Positions 22,309-31,979 of a stretch of 32,000 nt of DNA are shown here, in pieces. The notes below the pieces were generated by a model that worked only from the letters and a program-made list of their open reading frames with translations, made no database searches and was not told the origin of the DNA. Positions within the stretch are counted from its first letter, which is position 1; each line of letters begins with the position of its first letter. The position numbers and the translations under genes were made by a program. This DNA comes from Propionibacterium ruminifibrarum. Lineage in GTDB: Bacteria; Actinomycetota; Actinomycetes; Propionibacteriales; Propionibacteriaceae. The stretch spans positions 116,705 to 148,704 of the forward strand of contig NZ_OMOH01000001.1 of the NCBI RefSeq assembly GCF_900289195.1. The letters are read 5' to 3'.

Positions 22309-23028
22309 TCAGCCGGGCAGGGCCTCGAGGTAGCGGCGCACGATGGCCGCCACGAGCGCCTCGTGGGTCCCGATGGGCTCGGCCGTGGGCAGGCCGAGAG
22401 CGGCGATGCGCTGCTGGTAGAGGCCGGGGAACAGGGCGTGGGTGGACACGCTGATGTCGGTGGCGCCGGCCTCCCGCAGGCGGGTGGCGGCCTCATCGAG
22501 GCTGGGGTGTTTCGCGTAGAACAGCCCCACCTCGACGGGGCGGTCGAGCAGCCGGGACAGTCGCCTGGCCGTGGCCCGGGTCTCCCGGTTCGCCGTGTCG
22601 TGGCGCGAACCGGCCGAGGCCAGGATGACACCGTCGCCGAGCGGGCCGGCCTCGGCGAGCCGGTCGCGCAGGGCCGCGTCGAGGTCTGCGCCGACGTGGG
22701 AGGTTGCCCGGGCCAGGCCGTGAGTGCGTTCGACGGCTGCGGGGATGTCGTGGGTGACGTGGTAGCCGGCGCTCAGGAAGGCGGGGACGACGACTGCCGG
22801 CCCGACGGCGGGCAGGGTCTGTTCGAGGGTCTCCTCGTGCACGTCGACCCAGCCGACGCCGACGCGGACGTCGGGCAGTTGGGTTGCGACGCGTTCACTC
22901 AGCTGCTCGGCGCCGGTCAGGCCGGCCGGGTTTCGGGTTCCGTGCAGGGCGATGACGAGTGCGGGGCCGGTCGACGTCGGGGCGGGAGCGCTGGATGTAC
23001 TCGCGGGTGTACTGGTGAGAGTGGTCAT
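22309..23028 (-). CDS. sirohydrochlorin chelatase (CbiX/SirB-like, two-lobe form)
   Basis: VIALHGTRNP and VVVPAFLSAGYHVTHDIP resemble the CbiX HGSR and PLFL..G.H motifs, and the second lobe repeats the pattern (ILASAGSRHD...). Confidence 0.65.
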   Translation of the reverse strand: MTTLTSTPASTSSAPAPTSTGPALVIALHGTRNPAGLTGAEQLSERVATQLPDVRVGVGWVDVHEETLEQTLPAVGPAVVVPAFLSAGYHVTHDIPAAVERTHGLARATSHVGADLDAALRDRLAEAGPLGDGVILASAGSRHDTANRETRATARRLSRLLDRPVEVGLFYAKHPSLDEAATRLREAGATDISVSTHALFPGLYQQRIAALGLPTAEPIGTHEALVAAIVRRYLEALPG

Positions 23029-23068
23029 GTGTCCTCATGGGGGAGTGCTGCTGAAGCGATCGTGTTGC

Positions 23069-23097
23069 GGAGTGTGTTGGAAGGCGCCGGCAACACC
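23069..23097 (+). promoter_or_regulatory. weak RAT-like (ribonucleic antiterminator-like) hairpin candidate
   Basis: GGAGTGTGTTGGAAGGCGCCGGCAACACC matches 19 of 29 positions of the RAT consensus GGATTGTTACTGCATTCGCAGGCAAAACC as I recall it. The 3' half GCCGGCAACACC matches GCAGGCAAAACC at 10 of 12. It folds with an A-A mismatch at positions 3/27, like RATs. No convincing overlapping terminator, and it lies 210 nt upstream of the CAT ORF. Confidence 0.2.
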
Positions 23098-23307
23098 GGT
23101 GATGGCGGCCGACCAGTGGGGCCCGTGGTCAGGCCCGAGCCGAGGGGCTCTTCGGGTTCAGCAGCGACACAACGCCGAGGACACGGCGGCGAAGTCGACG
23201 TGGGGGCGTCCCACGAGCATCCAGACATCGCGCCAGTTCATGAGGACATCGTATAACCAGCTGGACGCTCTGCCGCCGGTGTCCGGCCTGGCATATCCTC
23301 GTGTCCG

Positions 23308-24908
<1,601 letters not shown>

Positions 24909-24989
24909 TGCCGTCAGGCAGGGCGCGGGCGGCGCGCTGCCCCGTCCCCGACCTGACTGAACGGTTCACGCCACCCGCGAGGAAAACAA

Positions 24990-25029
24990 GGCGCCGTGGC
25001 CCGGTGTGCGCATGCCGGGCCACGGCGCC
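24990..25029. terminator. strong intrinsic terminator of the rpmB-rpmG operon (minus strand), possibly bidirectional for bglA
   Basis: ggcgccgtggcccgg / ccgggccacggcgcc forms a 15-bp perfect stem with a 10-nt loop. On the minus strand it is followed by TTGTTTTCC and starts 17 nt after the rpmG stop. Confidence 0.7.
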
Positions 25030-25045
25030 GTTGATCACCAGAGAA

Positions 25046-25219
25046 CTACCTCCTCTCCCTGAACTCGACATGGCGACGAGCGATGGGGTCGTACTTGCGA
25101 AGTACGAGCCGGTCAGGGGTGTTGCGCCGGTTCTTCGTCGTGACGTACCGGTAGCCGGTGCCGGCGGTGGACTCGAGAATGATCGTGGGCCGTGAAACGG
25201 CCGACCTTCTCGTGGCCAT
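25046..25219 (-). CDS. rpmG: 50S ribosomal protein L33, cysteine-less (C-minus) paralog type
   Basis: Not in the ORF track (57 aa). My translation: [57 protein letters not shown]. The STAGTGY.Y.T.KNRRN.PDRL.LRKYDP core is L33. No CxxC zinc knuckles. The ATG overlaps the rpmB stop (TAATG). Confidence 0.9.
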   Translation of the reverse strand: MATRRSAVSRPTIILESTAGTGYRYVTTKNRRNTPDRLVLRKYDPIARRHVEFRERR

Positions 25220-25455
25220 TACAGCCGCGCCCCAGCGGCGATGAGGTCGGCGACGACGGCGTCGATGCCCCGTCTGTCAATGGTCCTGATGGCCCGCGCC
25301 GACAGGCGCAGCCGGACGTACCGACCCAACGACGGCACCCAGTACCGCTTGGTCTGGACGTTCGGGTCGAAGCGGCGCCTGGTGCGCCGATGACTGTGGC
25401 TGACGTTGTTGCCGAAGCCGGGGCCCGCTCCGCTGACCTGACACCTTCTGCTCAT
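25219..25455 (-). CDS. rpmB: 50S ribosomal protein L28 (no CxxC zinc ribbon)
   Basis: [34 protein letters not shown] is the L28 signature. It has a single Cys only, so it is the zinc-independent form. Confidence 0.95.
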   Translation of the reverse strand: MSRRCQVSGAGPGFGNNVSHSHRRTRRRFDPNVQTKRYWVPSLGRYVRLRLSARAIRTIDRRGIDAVVADLIAAGARL

Positions 25456-25468
25456 GATCCCCTCTCAG

Positions 25469-25494
25469 TTATCATTGCGAATGATTATCATTAG
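25469..25494. promoter_or_regulatory. tandem Zur-box-like operator in the divergent rpmB / rpmE2 promoter region
   Basis: TTATCATTGCGAATGATTATCATTAG contains three hexamers: ATCATT (25471-76), AATGAT (25480-85), ATCATT (25487-92). They form a 6-3-6 and a 6-1-6 inverted repeat. AATGATTATCATT matches 12 of 13 positions of the actinobacterial Zur core AATGATTTTCATT as I recall it. It overlaps a TATCAT -10-like hexamer. Confidence 0.6.
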
Positions 25495-25526
25495 AGCACA
25501 GAAGATGATCAGAAGAAAGGACCACT

Positions 25527-25766
25527 GTGAAACGAGGCGTTCACCCGGTTTATCAACCCGTCGTGTTCAGGGACAACGCGACGGGGGAGATGTTCCTGAC
25601 CCGTTCGACGCTCGGTTCGTACGAGACGGTGGAGTTCAACGGCGAGACCTACCCGCTGGTCCGCGTGGAGATCTCGTCGAGCAGTCATCCCTTCTGGACC
25701 GGCCGGAGCCGTGAGATCGACACCGAGGGGCGCATCGAACGCTTCCGGAGACGCTACGGGGGCTGA
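25527..25766 (+). CDS. rpmE2: 50S ribosomal protein L31 type B (C-minus paralog)
   Basis: MKRGVHPVYQPVVFRD...SSSSHPFWTGR...RFRRRYG is L31 type B, with no CxxC motif. GTG start preceded by GAAAGGA. Confidence 0.9.
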   Translation: MKRGVHPVYQPVVFRDNATGEMFLTRSTLGSYETVEFNGETYPLVRVEISSSSHPFWTGRSREIDTEGRIERFRRRYGG

Positions 25767-25798
25767 CCGGGCCTCTCGCGGGGCTTCCCCCGGAGGCG

Positions 25799-25839
25799 GT
25801 TCGCCCGCCGCAGGGCGATCACGGTCCTGCGGCGGGCGA
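25799..25839. terminator. GC-rich hairpin between convergent rpmE2 and tipA-like genes
   Basis: ttcgcccgccgcagg / cctgcggcgggcgaa forms a 15-bp perfect stem with an 11-nt loop. No U-tract on either side. Confidence 0.45.
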
Positions 25840-25874
25840 ATGTCGGGACGGGGCGGCGGCGACCGCCCTGTCAC

Positions 25875-26678
25875 TCACTGCCAGGTGGCGGCCTGCGGGT
25901 CGATCCCCTGAGCGCGGGCAGAGGCGTCGATGACATCCCTGAGCCAGGCGGCCAGACCGGGCTCAAGGGCGTCGTAGTGGGCGACCCACCGCGGGTCCTC
26001 GGCGATGGTGCCGGCGATGAGGACCTGCTTGGACGTGGTGACGTCGAACCAGGTGTTGAGGTTGTCCAGGTGTCGCCGGGCGAGGTCGTTCGCCTGCGGG
26101 CTGCCCGGCTCGACACCGCCGCGCTTGGCGGCGACGAGTGCGGCCTCAAGCGCCTCGGTGTCGTCGCGTGCGCGCTCCCAGTCCTGGCGGGTCATGGCGG
26201 CCCTGCGGCGTTCTGCCTCGGCCCAGTCCTCGGTCCCGCCCCAGCGCTTTTCGACCTCGGCCTGGTACTCGGGGGTCCACGTCGTACCCCAGATCGCGGC
26301 CTGCTCCGACGGGGTCGGATTGGTGTTGCTCATGATCTTCTCCATCATCGTGTCGACTGCCCGGACCATCCGGTGCAGGTGATCGATGCGCTCCATGAGC
26401 AACGCGCGCTGACGGGTCAGATGCGCGCCGGCGTCGGCGTCGGGGTCGTCCAGGACCTCGGCGATCCGGGCCAGCGGCATGCCGGTCTCCCGGTAGACGA
26501 GCACCCGGTGGAGCCGGGCGATGTCCTCTGCCGAGTAGAGGCGGTAGCCGGACCAGGTGCGCCCGGAGGGGCGAACCAGGCCCATCGCGTCCCAGTGGTG
26601 AAGCGTTCGCACGCTCACCCCCACCAGGGACGCCACTGCGCCCACGGTCAGTTCCTGCCCGTCATCGTTGGTGTCCAT
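25875..26678 (-). CDS. MerR-family regulator with TipAS-like antibiotic-recognition domain (TipAL/Mta-like)
   Basis: N-terminal MerR HTH LTVGAVASLVGVSVRTLHHWDAMGLVRP..SGYRLY and a coiled coil, then a Trp-rich C-terminal domain (AAIWGTTWTPEYQAEVEKRWGGTEDW) typical of TipAS. I prefer the ATG at 26678, because the track start TTG 26705 falls inside the predicted -10 element. Confidence 0.8.
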   Translation of the reverse strand: MDTNDDGQELTVGAVASLVGVSVRTLHHWDAMGLVRPSGRTWSGYRLYSAEDIARLHRVLVYRETGMPLARIAEVLDDPDADAGAHLTRQRALLMERIDHLHRMVRAVDTMMEKIMSNTNPTPSEQAAIWGTTWTPEYQAEVEKRWGGTEDWAEAERRRAAMTRQDWERARDDTEALEAALVAAKRGGVEPGSPQANDLARRHLDNLNTWFDVTTSKQVLIAGTIAEDPRWVAHYDALEPGLAAWLRDVIDASARAQGIDPQAATWQ

Positions 26679-26703
26679 GGCTTCAGCATCTCTCACGTGA
26701 ACC

Positions 26704-26734
26704 AACCTGGTGCCTCACGCCGCGTGAGGGTCAA
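26704..26734 (-). promoter_or_regulatory. MerR/TipA-type promoter: -35, 19-bp spacer with 17-bp palindrome, -10
   Basis: The minus strand reads TTGACC-CTCACGCGGCGTGAGGCAC-CAGGTT. The palindrome CCTCACGC G GCGTGAGG spans 26713-26729 and the spacer is exactly 19 nt. It resembles the Streptomyces ptipA operator (CTCACGT..ACGTGAG, -10 CAGCGT) as I recall it. Confidence 0.55.
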
Positions 26735-26772
26735 GCAACCGTGCTCGTCCTCGACGAGCCCACCTGTTCGGA

Positions 26773-27150
26773 TCACCCCTGGGGCATGACGCGGTGCGTG
26801 AAGGCCTTGGCCGGGCGCCGGTCACAGGTGAGGAGCGGGCACCCGAGTCTCTCGGCGAGGGCCATGTACATGGCGTCATGGGCGGAGGCATTGTCGCGTA
26901 GCGCCCACGCGGCGCCGACCAGAGGGGGCGGTCGACCCAGATTATGCCGAGATCGTCGAGATCGCGCAGTGCGGTGGGCTCACTCCCTGGTGACGAACAG
27001 GACGACAGGTGCACGCCACGACGGGGAACCGTCCGGAGACCAGGGCGGCCGATGCCTCATCCTGGTGCTCCACCTGCGGGTGGAATTCGGCCCCGAGGGC
27101 TCCTCCGTGAGGGTGAACCGGGCTGGAAGAGCGACCACGGAGAAACCCGT
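26773..27150 (-). pseudogene. decayed VapC (PIN-domain toxin) remnant with multiple frameshifts
   Basis: Minus-strand frame ending at TGA 26775..26773 reads ...LVGAAWALRDNASAHDAMYMALAERLGCPLLTCDRRPAKAF..., matching the VapC C-terminal pattern RAWELR.NL.AYDA.YVALAE.L..PLLT.D.RLA.A. The preceding block ...TALRDLDDLGIIWVDRP is in another frame, with the shift next to a G5/C5 run near 26925-26930. Further upstream similarity is in a third frame. No VapB partner. The 5' limit is uncertain. Confidence 0.45.
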
Positions 27151-27169
27151 CTCCCCTAGCGTGAGCGGC

Positions 27170-28267
27170 ATGAACGCCAACATCACGCAGTCACCTGATA
27201 TCTCAGCCCCAGTGCCGGGATCCCACGCCACCGGCGGGGGAGTACGCGCAGCGGACGCGGCGAGCGCTCCCCGCTACCAGGTCCTCGACGTCCTGCGAGG
27301 CTTCGCGGTCTGCGGCATCCTGCTGGTCAACATCGGTGACATCACCGAGCTGGGCATGGACGTCCCCGTCGTCGTCGGACAGGGCCCCTCCACCACGCAG
27401 AACGTCCTGTACTACCTCGTGTCCACGCGCTTCGTGCCGATCTTCTCCCTCATGTTCGGGATGAGCCTGATGTTCGTCGCCGACTCGGCCCGGCGGCGCG
27501 GCGTCCCGGCGTGGCAGGTGCTGCTGCGACGCATGGCCGGGCTGCTGGCCATCGGGCTGCTGCACACCCTCGTCTATCCCGGCGAGGTGCTCAAGATCTA
27601 TGCCGTGGTGGGTGCGGTCATGATCCCCATCGTCCTGCGTGCGCCGCGCCGGTTGGTGGCCGTCCTGGGGATCGTGGCCACCGCCGCCAGCTATGGGCTC
27701 GCCGGGTCGAGCGAGCTCAACGTGCCCGGACTCTTCCTGCTCGGCGCGGCGGCGGTCGCCTACGGCCTGCCCGCCTTCCTCGAACGCCCCGACCGGCGTC
27801 TCGTCGCCGTCGCAGTCGGCCTCGCCGCCCTGACCGGTCTGGCCGTGTTCTGGCAGTCCAGGAGCGATGGCGGGGATCCCCGCTTCGTGTCCGCAGGCGG
27901 GATCGCCGGTGGGGTGCAGGCCGCGCTGTACGTGGCGCTCGTGGCGCTGGCCTGCGCAACGCCGTTGAGGCGTCCGCTCGTCGCCTTCCTGGAGCCGCTG
28001 GGGCGCACGGCACTGAGCTGCTACGTGGGGGCCAGCTGCGTCGTCGTGCCCGTCGGCCTTCTGCTGGGCTGGCGCGAGAGCACGGACCTGCTGCCCGTGC
28101 TGGGCGTCGCCGTCGTCGTCCTGGCCGGCCAGTCACTCGTCGCACGAGTGTGGCTCCGGCACTTCCGTTACGGGCCGCTGGAATGGGCCTGGCGCTGCCT
28201 GACCTGGTGGAAGCCCCAGCCCATGCGGCGCGACGGCGGTCAGGGCCTGGCGGCCGTGCAGGCGTGA
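27170..28267 (+). CDS. DUF418 / YeiB-like polytopic membrane protein
   Basis: RYQVLDVLRGFAVCGILLVN at the start of the hydrophobic core and the C-terminal RHFRYGPLEWAWRCLTW (GPLEW.WR motif) are characteristic of the family. ATG at 27170 (GTG 27161 is an alternative). The first 143 codons of track ORF 26741..28267 are rejected. Confidence 0.8.
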   Translation: MNANITQSPDISAPVPGSHATGGGVRAADAASAPRYQVLDVLRGFAVCGILLVNIGDITELGMDVPVVVGQGPSTTQNVLYYLVSTRFVPIFSLMFGMSLMFVADSARRRGVPAWQVLLRRMAGLLAIGLLHTLVYPGEVLKIYAVVGAVMIPIVLRAPRRLVAVLGIVATAASYGLAGSSELNVPGLFLLGAAAVAYGLPAFLERPDRRLVAVAVGLAALTGLAVFWQSRSDGGDPRFVSAGGIAGGVQAALYVALVALACATPLRRPLVAFLEPLGRTALSCYVGASCVVVPVGLLLGWRESTDLLPVLGVAVVVLAGQSLVARVWLRHFRYGPLEWAWRCLTWWKPQPMRRDGGQGLAAVQA

Positions 28268-28278
28268 TGCACCAATGA

Positions 28279-28337
28279 CAGCAGGGGCGGTCCCGGACCG
28301 CCCCTGCTGAGTCGTGTCCCTGCCGAGGGCAGGGGAC
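28279..28337. terminator. two tandem GC hairpins between convergent DUF418 and NSS operon
   Basis: Hairpin 1 (28279-28309): cagcaggggcgg...ccgcccctgctg, about 13 bp. Hairpin 2 (28316-28337): gtccctgcc gag ggcaggggac, 9 to 10 bp with one bulge. Both sit between the two stop codons. Confidence 0.6.
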
Positions 28338-28350
28338 GACCGGCCTGTGG

Positions 28351-28464
28351 TCAGTTGCTGTTACGGCTGCGGCTGCGCCGGACCAGCGAGACGACGGAGA
28401 CCGCGAGCCCGCCCCAGATGATGACGATGGCCCCGATCATGGTGGTAATGGCGATGGTGGTCAT
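28351..28464 (-). CDS. MetS-like small subunit of an NSS-family methionine/alanine importer (37 aa, single TM)
   Basis: Not in the ORF track. My translation: MTTIAITTMIGAIVIIWGGLAVSVVSLVRRSRSRNSN*. The ATG lies 1 nt after the NSS stop (TGAGATG), with GAGGAGG upstream. The hydrophobic helix with IWGGL followed by a basic tail matches my recollection of the NSS small-subunit (MetS-like) family. Confidence 0.6.
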   Translation of the reverse strand: MTTIAITTMIGAIVIIWGGLAVSVVSLVRRSRSRNSN

Positions 28465-28465
28465 C

Positions 28466-30034
28466 TCAGTGCGCCTCCTCGAGTTCGAGTTCGTCCAGGT
28501 TCACCGGCGTGAAGTCGTCCACGGGTGTCCGCCACTTGATCATGGTGAGGACGGCGGTGGCAACGGCGCAGACGAAGAGCATTCCCCAGCCGAAGACCGC
28601 CTCGAACCCGGGCGTGTAGCTGGTCGGGTCGTAGCCCGCGGTGGCGTAGGCCCAGACCGTCTGGACGAACATGAAGCCGAGCAGCACCGGCACGACGACG
28701 CAGATGATCACCTGCCACCAGACGCCGATGAGATGGGACCCGGAGACCACGTTGAGGTGGCGGCGCAGCGTGCCGGTCTGGCGCAGGACGAGACCGACGC
28801 CGACGCACATGATGATGGCCGAGACGACCACGCCGATGTTGTTGATGAAGGCGTCGACGACGTCCAGGTCGTACAGGCCCGAGTCGGTGCCGAACAGGAC
28901 CAGGGAGATCACCATGGCGGGGATCCCGGCGAGAAGGGAGGCCTTCGCCGGGCTGAGGTTGAACTTCTCGGTGACACCGGCGGCGACCACCTGGATGATC
29001 GAGATGAACGATGTCAGGCCGGCCATCGTGAAGGAGGCGAAGAACAGGACGCCGAACAGGGCGCCGCCGGGCATCTGCGAGATGATCGTGGGGAAGGTGA
29101 TGAACGACAACGCCACGCCGCTGATCCCCTCCAGGTCTCCGACGGCGACGCCCTGCTGGCCCGCCATGAAGCCGAGCGTGGCGAAGACGCCGATGCCGGC
29201 GAGGATCTCGAAGGAGGAGTTGGCGAAACCGGCGACGAGGCCGGTGCCCAGCAGGTCGGAGCGCTTGCGGAGGTAGGAGGAGTAGGTGAGCATGATGCCG
29301 AAGGCCACGGACAGCGAGAAGAAGATCTGCCCGAAGGCGGCCATCCACACGCGGTAGTCGCCGAGCGCGCTCCAGTCGGGTGTGAACAGGGCATTCAGCC
29401 CGTCGGTCGCCCCGGGCAGCGTGACGGCCCTGATGACGAAGGCGACGAACATGATGACGAGCAGCGGCAGGAAGAACTTGTTCGCCCGCTCGACACCGTT
29501 GGTCACGCCGAGGGCGATGACGATGAGGCCGAAGGCCCACACGATGATCAGCGGGATCGCGACGCCTCCCACCGGCGATGCCGAGTAGGCGACGGCGTCG
29601 GTGTTGAGGCCGATGAAGTCGTAGAAGAAGCTCTGGGCGTCGTCACCCCAGGCCGCGTTGATGGAGAAGAAGGTGTAGCGCAGGGCCCACGCCACGATGA
29701 CCGCGTAGTAGGTCATGATGACGAAGCAGATGAGCACCTGCCACCATCCGAGCCATTCGAATCTGCGGCTGAGCCGGCGGAAGCCGGCCGGCGCCGACCC
29801 GCGGAAGCGGTGTCCGATGGAGTAGTCGAGGAAGAGGACGGGGATGCCGACCATCAGCAGGGCCACGACGTAGGGGACGATGAAGGCGCCGCCGCCGTTG
29901 GTGTAGGCGACGCCGGGGAAACGCCAGATGTTGCCCAGGCCGACGGCTGAACCGATTGCGGCGAGCAGGAAGCCCAACTGGCTTCCCCACTGTTCGCGCT
30001 GAGTGGACTCTTGCGGCGGAGCCAGGGAGGACAT
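28466..30034 (-). CDS. sodium-dependent transporter, neurotransmitter:sodium symporter (NSS/SNF) family, MetP-like
   Basis: REQWGSQLGFLLAAIGSAVGLGNIWRFPGVAYTNGGGAF is the NSS signature. About 12 TM segments. The ATG at 30034 is preceded by AGGAAAGG. Track ORF 28466..30112 trimmed. Confidence 0.9.
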   Translation of the reverse strand: MSSLAPPQESTQREQWGSQLGFLLAAIGSAVGLGNIWRFPGVAYTNGGGAFIVPYVVALLMVGIPVLFLDYSIGHRFRGSAPAGFRRLSRRFEWLGWWQVLICFVIMTYYAVIVAWALRYTFFSINAAWGDDAQSFFYDFIGLNTDAVAYSASPVGGVAIPLIIVWAFGLIVIALGVTNGVERANKFFLPLLVIMFVAFVIRAVTLPGATDGLNALFTPDWSALGDYRVWMAAFGQIFFSLSVAFGIMLTYSSYLRKRSDLLGTGLVAGFANSSFEILAGIGVFATLGFMAGQQGVAVGDLEGISGVALSFITFPTIISQMPGGALFGVLFFASFTMAGLTSFISIIQVVAAGVTEKFNLSPAKASLLAGIPAMVISLVLFGTDSGLYDLDVVDAFINNIGVVVSAIIMCVGVGLVLRQTGTLRRHLNVVSGSHLIGVWWQVIICVVVPVLLGFMFVQTVWAYATAGYDPTSYTPGFEAVFGWGMLFVCAVATAVLTMIKWRTPVDDFTPVNLDELELEEAH

Positions 30035-30321
30035 GGTGCCCACCTTTCCTGATCGTAGGAGCGGGAAGTACCCGGTCATGGTGCGCGTGCACCTGCGAGC
30101 ACTTCCCGACAAGCCCGGTCATTATGGGGGAGCGCGTGAGCAGCTGCCGGGCGCGTCCAGGATGCGAACCGTGATGTCAGGTTCGGGCCGAGACCGGTGC
30201 GCGGGGCGGGCGCCCCGGCGCCCCGTCAGGTCTGAGGGGCGGATCGGGCCCGCCTCGACGGCGGGCACCACCGGGGACCGTGACGCATCCGGCCGGCGCG
30301 GTGCCGCCGGGCCGGGCGGGG

Positions 30322-31722
<1,401 letters not shown>

Positions 31723-31729
31723 GCCCGGA

Positions 31730-31760
31730 ACGCTAGGTGCTGGAGCGCGCTCCAAGTCAA
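31730..31760 (-). promoter_or_regulatory. MerR-type promoter: TTGACT, 19-bp spacer with 14-bp palindrome, TAGCGT; probably leaderless
   Basis: The minus strand reads TTGACT-TGGAGCGCGCTCCAGCACC-TAGCGT-TCCGGGC-ATG. The perfect palindrome TGGAGCGCGCTCCA spans 31741-31754. The spacer is exactly 19 nt, the MerR hallmark. The ATG at 31722 lies 7 nt after the -10, and no SD is present. Confidence 0.6.
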
Positions 31761-31787
31761 GCGGGTGGGAGCACTGCCCAGGCGTCG

Positions 31788-31979
31788 ATGCCTGTGAGCA
31801 TTGGAGGCGACCACGACCTCACCGGGTCGGTGGTGCGGCATGATGCGGTGGTGCGCCGGTTGGTTCATGTGCCGTTCGGGTGGAAGCCGACGATCCTGGA
31901 GGTGGTGGTTCCGCGTTACCGGTGTGCGCCGTGTCGCCGAGGCTGGCGTCACGACATCACGGCGGCGGCGCCCTCGCGG
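31788..31979 (+). mobile_element. 5' fragment of an ISL3-family-like transposase gene, truncated by the poly-G tract at the window end
   Basis: My translation from ATG 31788: [64 protein letters not shown]. The pattern (target-arm P.G..P..L.V...RYRC..C...W) matches the N-terminal zinc-finger region of ISL3-type transposases as I recall them. No inverted repeat could be defined. Confidence 0.45.

Noticed and set aside
26741-27169. N-terminal 143 codons of track ORF 26741..28267, as an extension of the DUF418 protein
   Set aside because: The translation has no membrane or domain character, and the region is better explained on the opposite strand by a VapC relic. The DUF418 family N-terminus (RYQVLDVLRGFA) begins shortly after the ATG at 27170.
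28355-29950. 531-aa plus-strand ORF and 359-aa minus-strand ORF overlapping the NSS transporter
   Set aside because: These are low-complexity Asp/Gly/Arg/His-rich or Arg/Pro-rich translations, antisense to or out of frame with a gene carrying the canonical NSS signature. They are high-GC artefacts.
30157-30175. tRNA T-loop-like string on the minus strand (GGTTCGCATCC)
   Set aside because: The flanking bases do not form a T-stem (cacgg versus cctgg), and no acceptor or anticodon arms can be built. This is not a tRNA.
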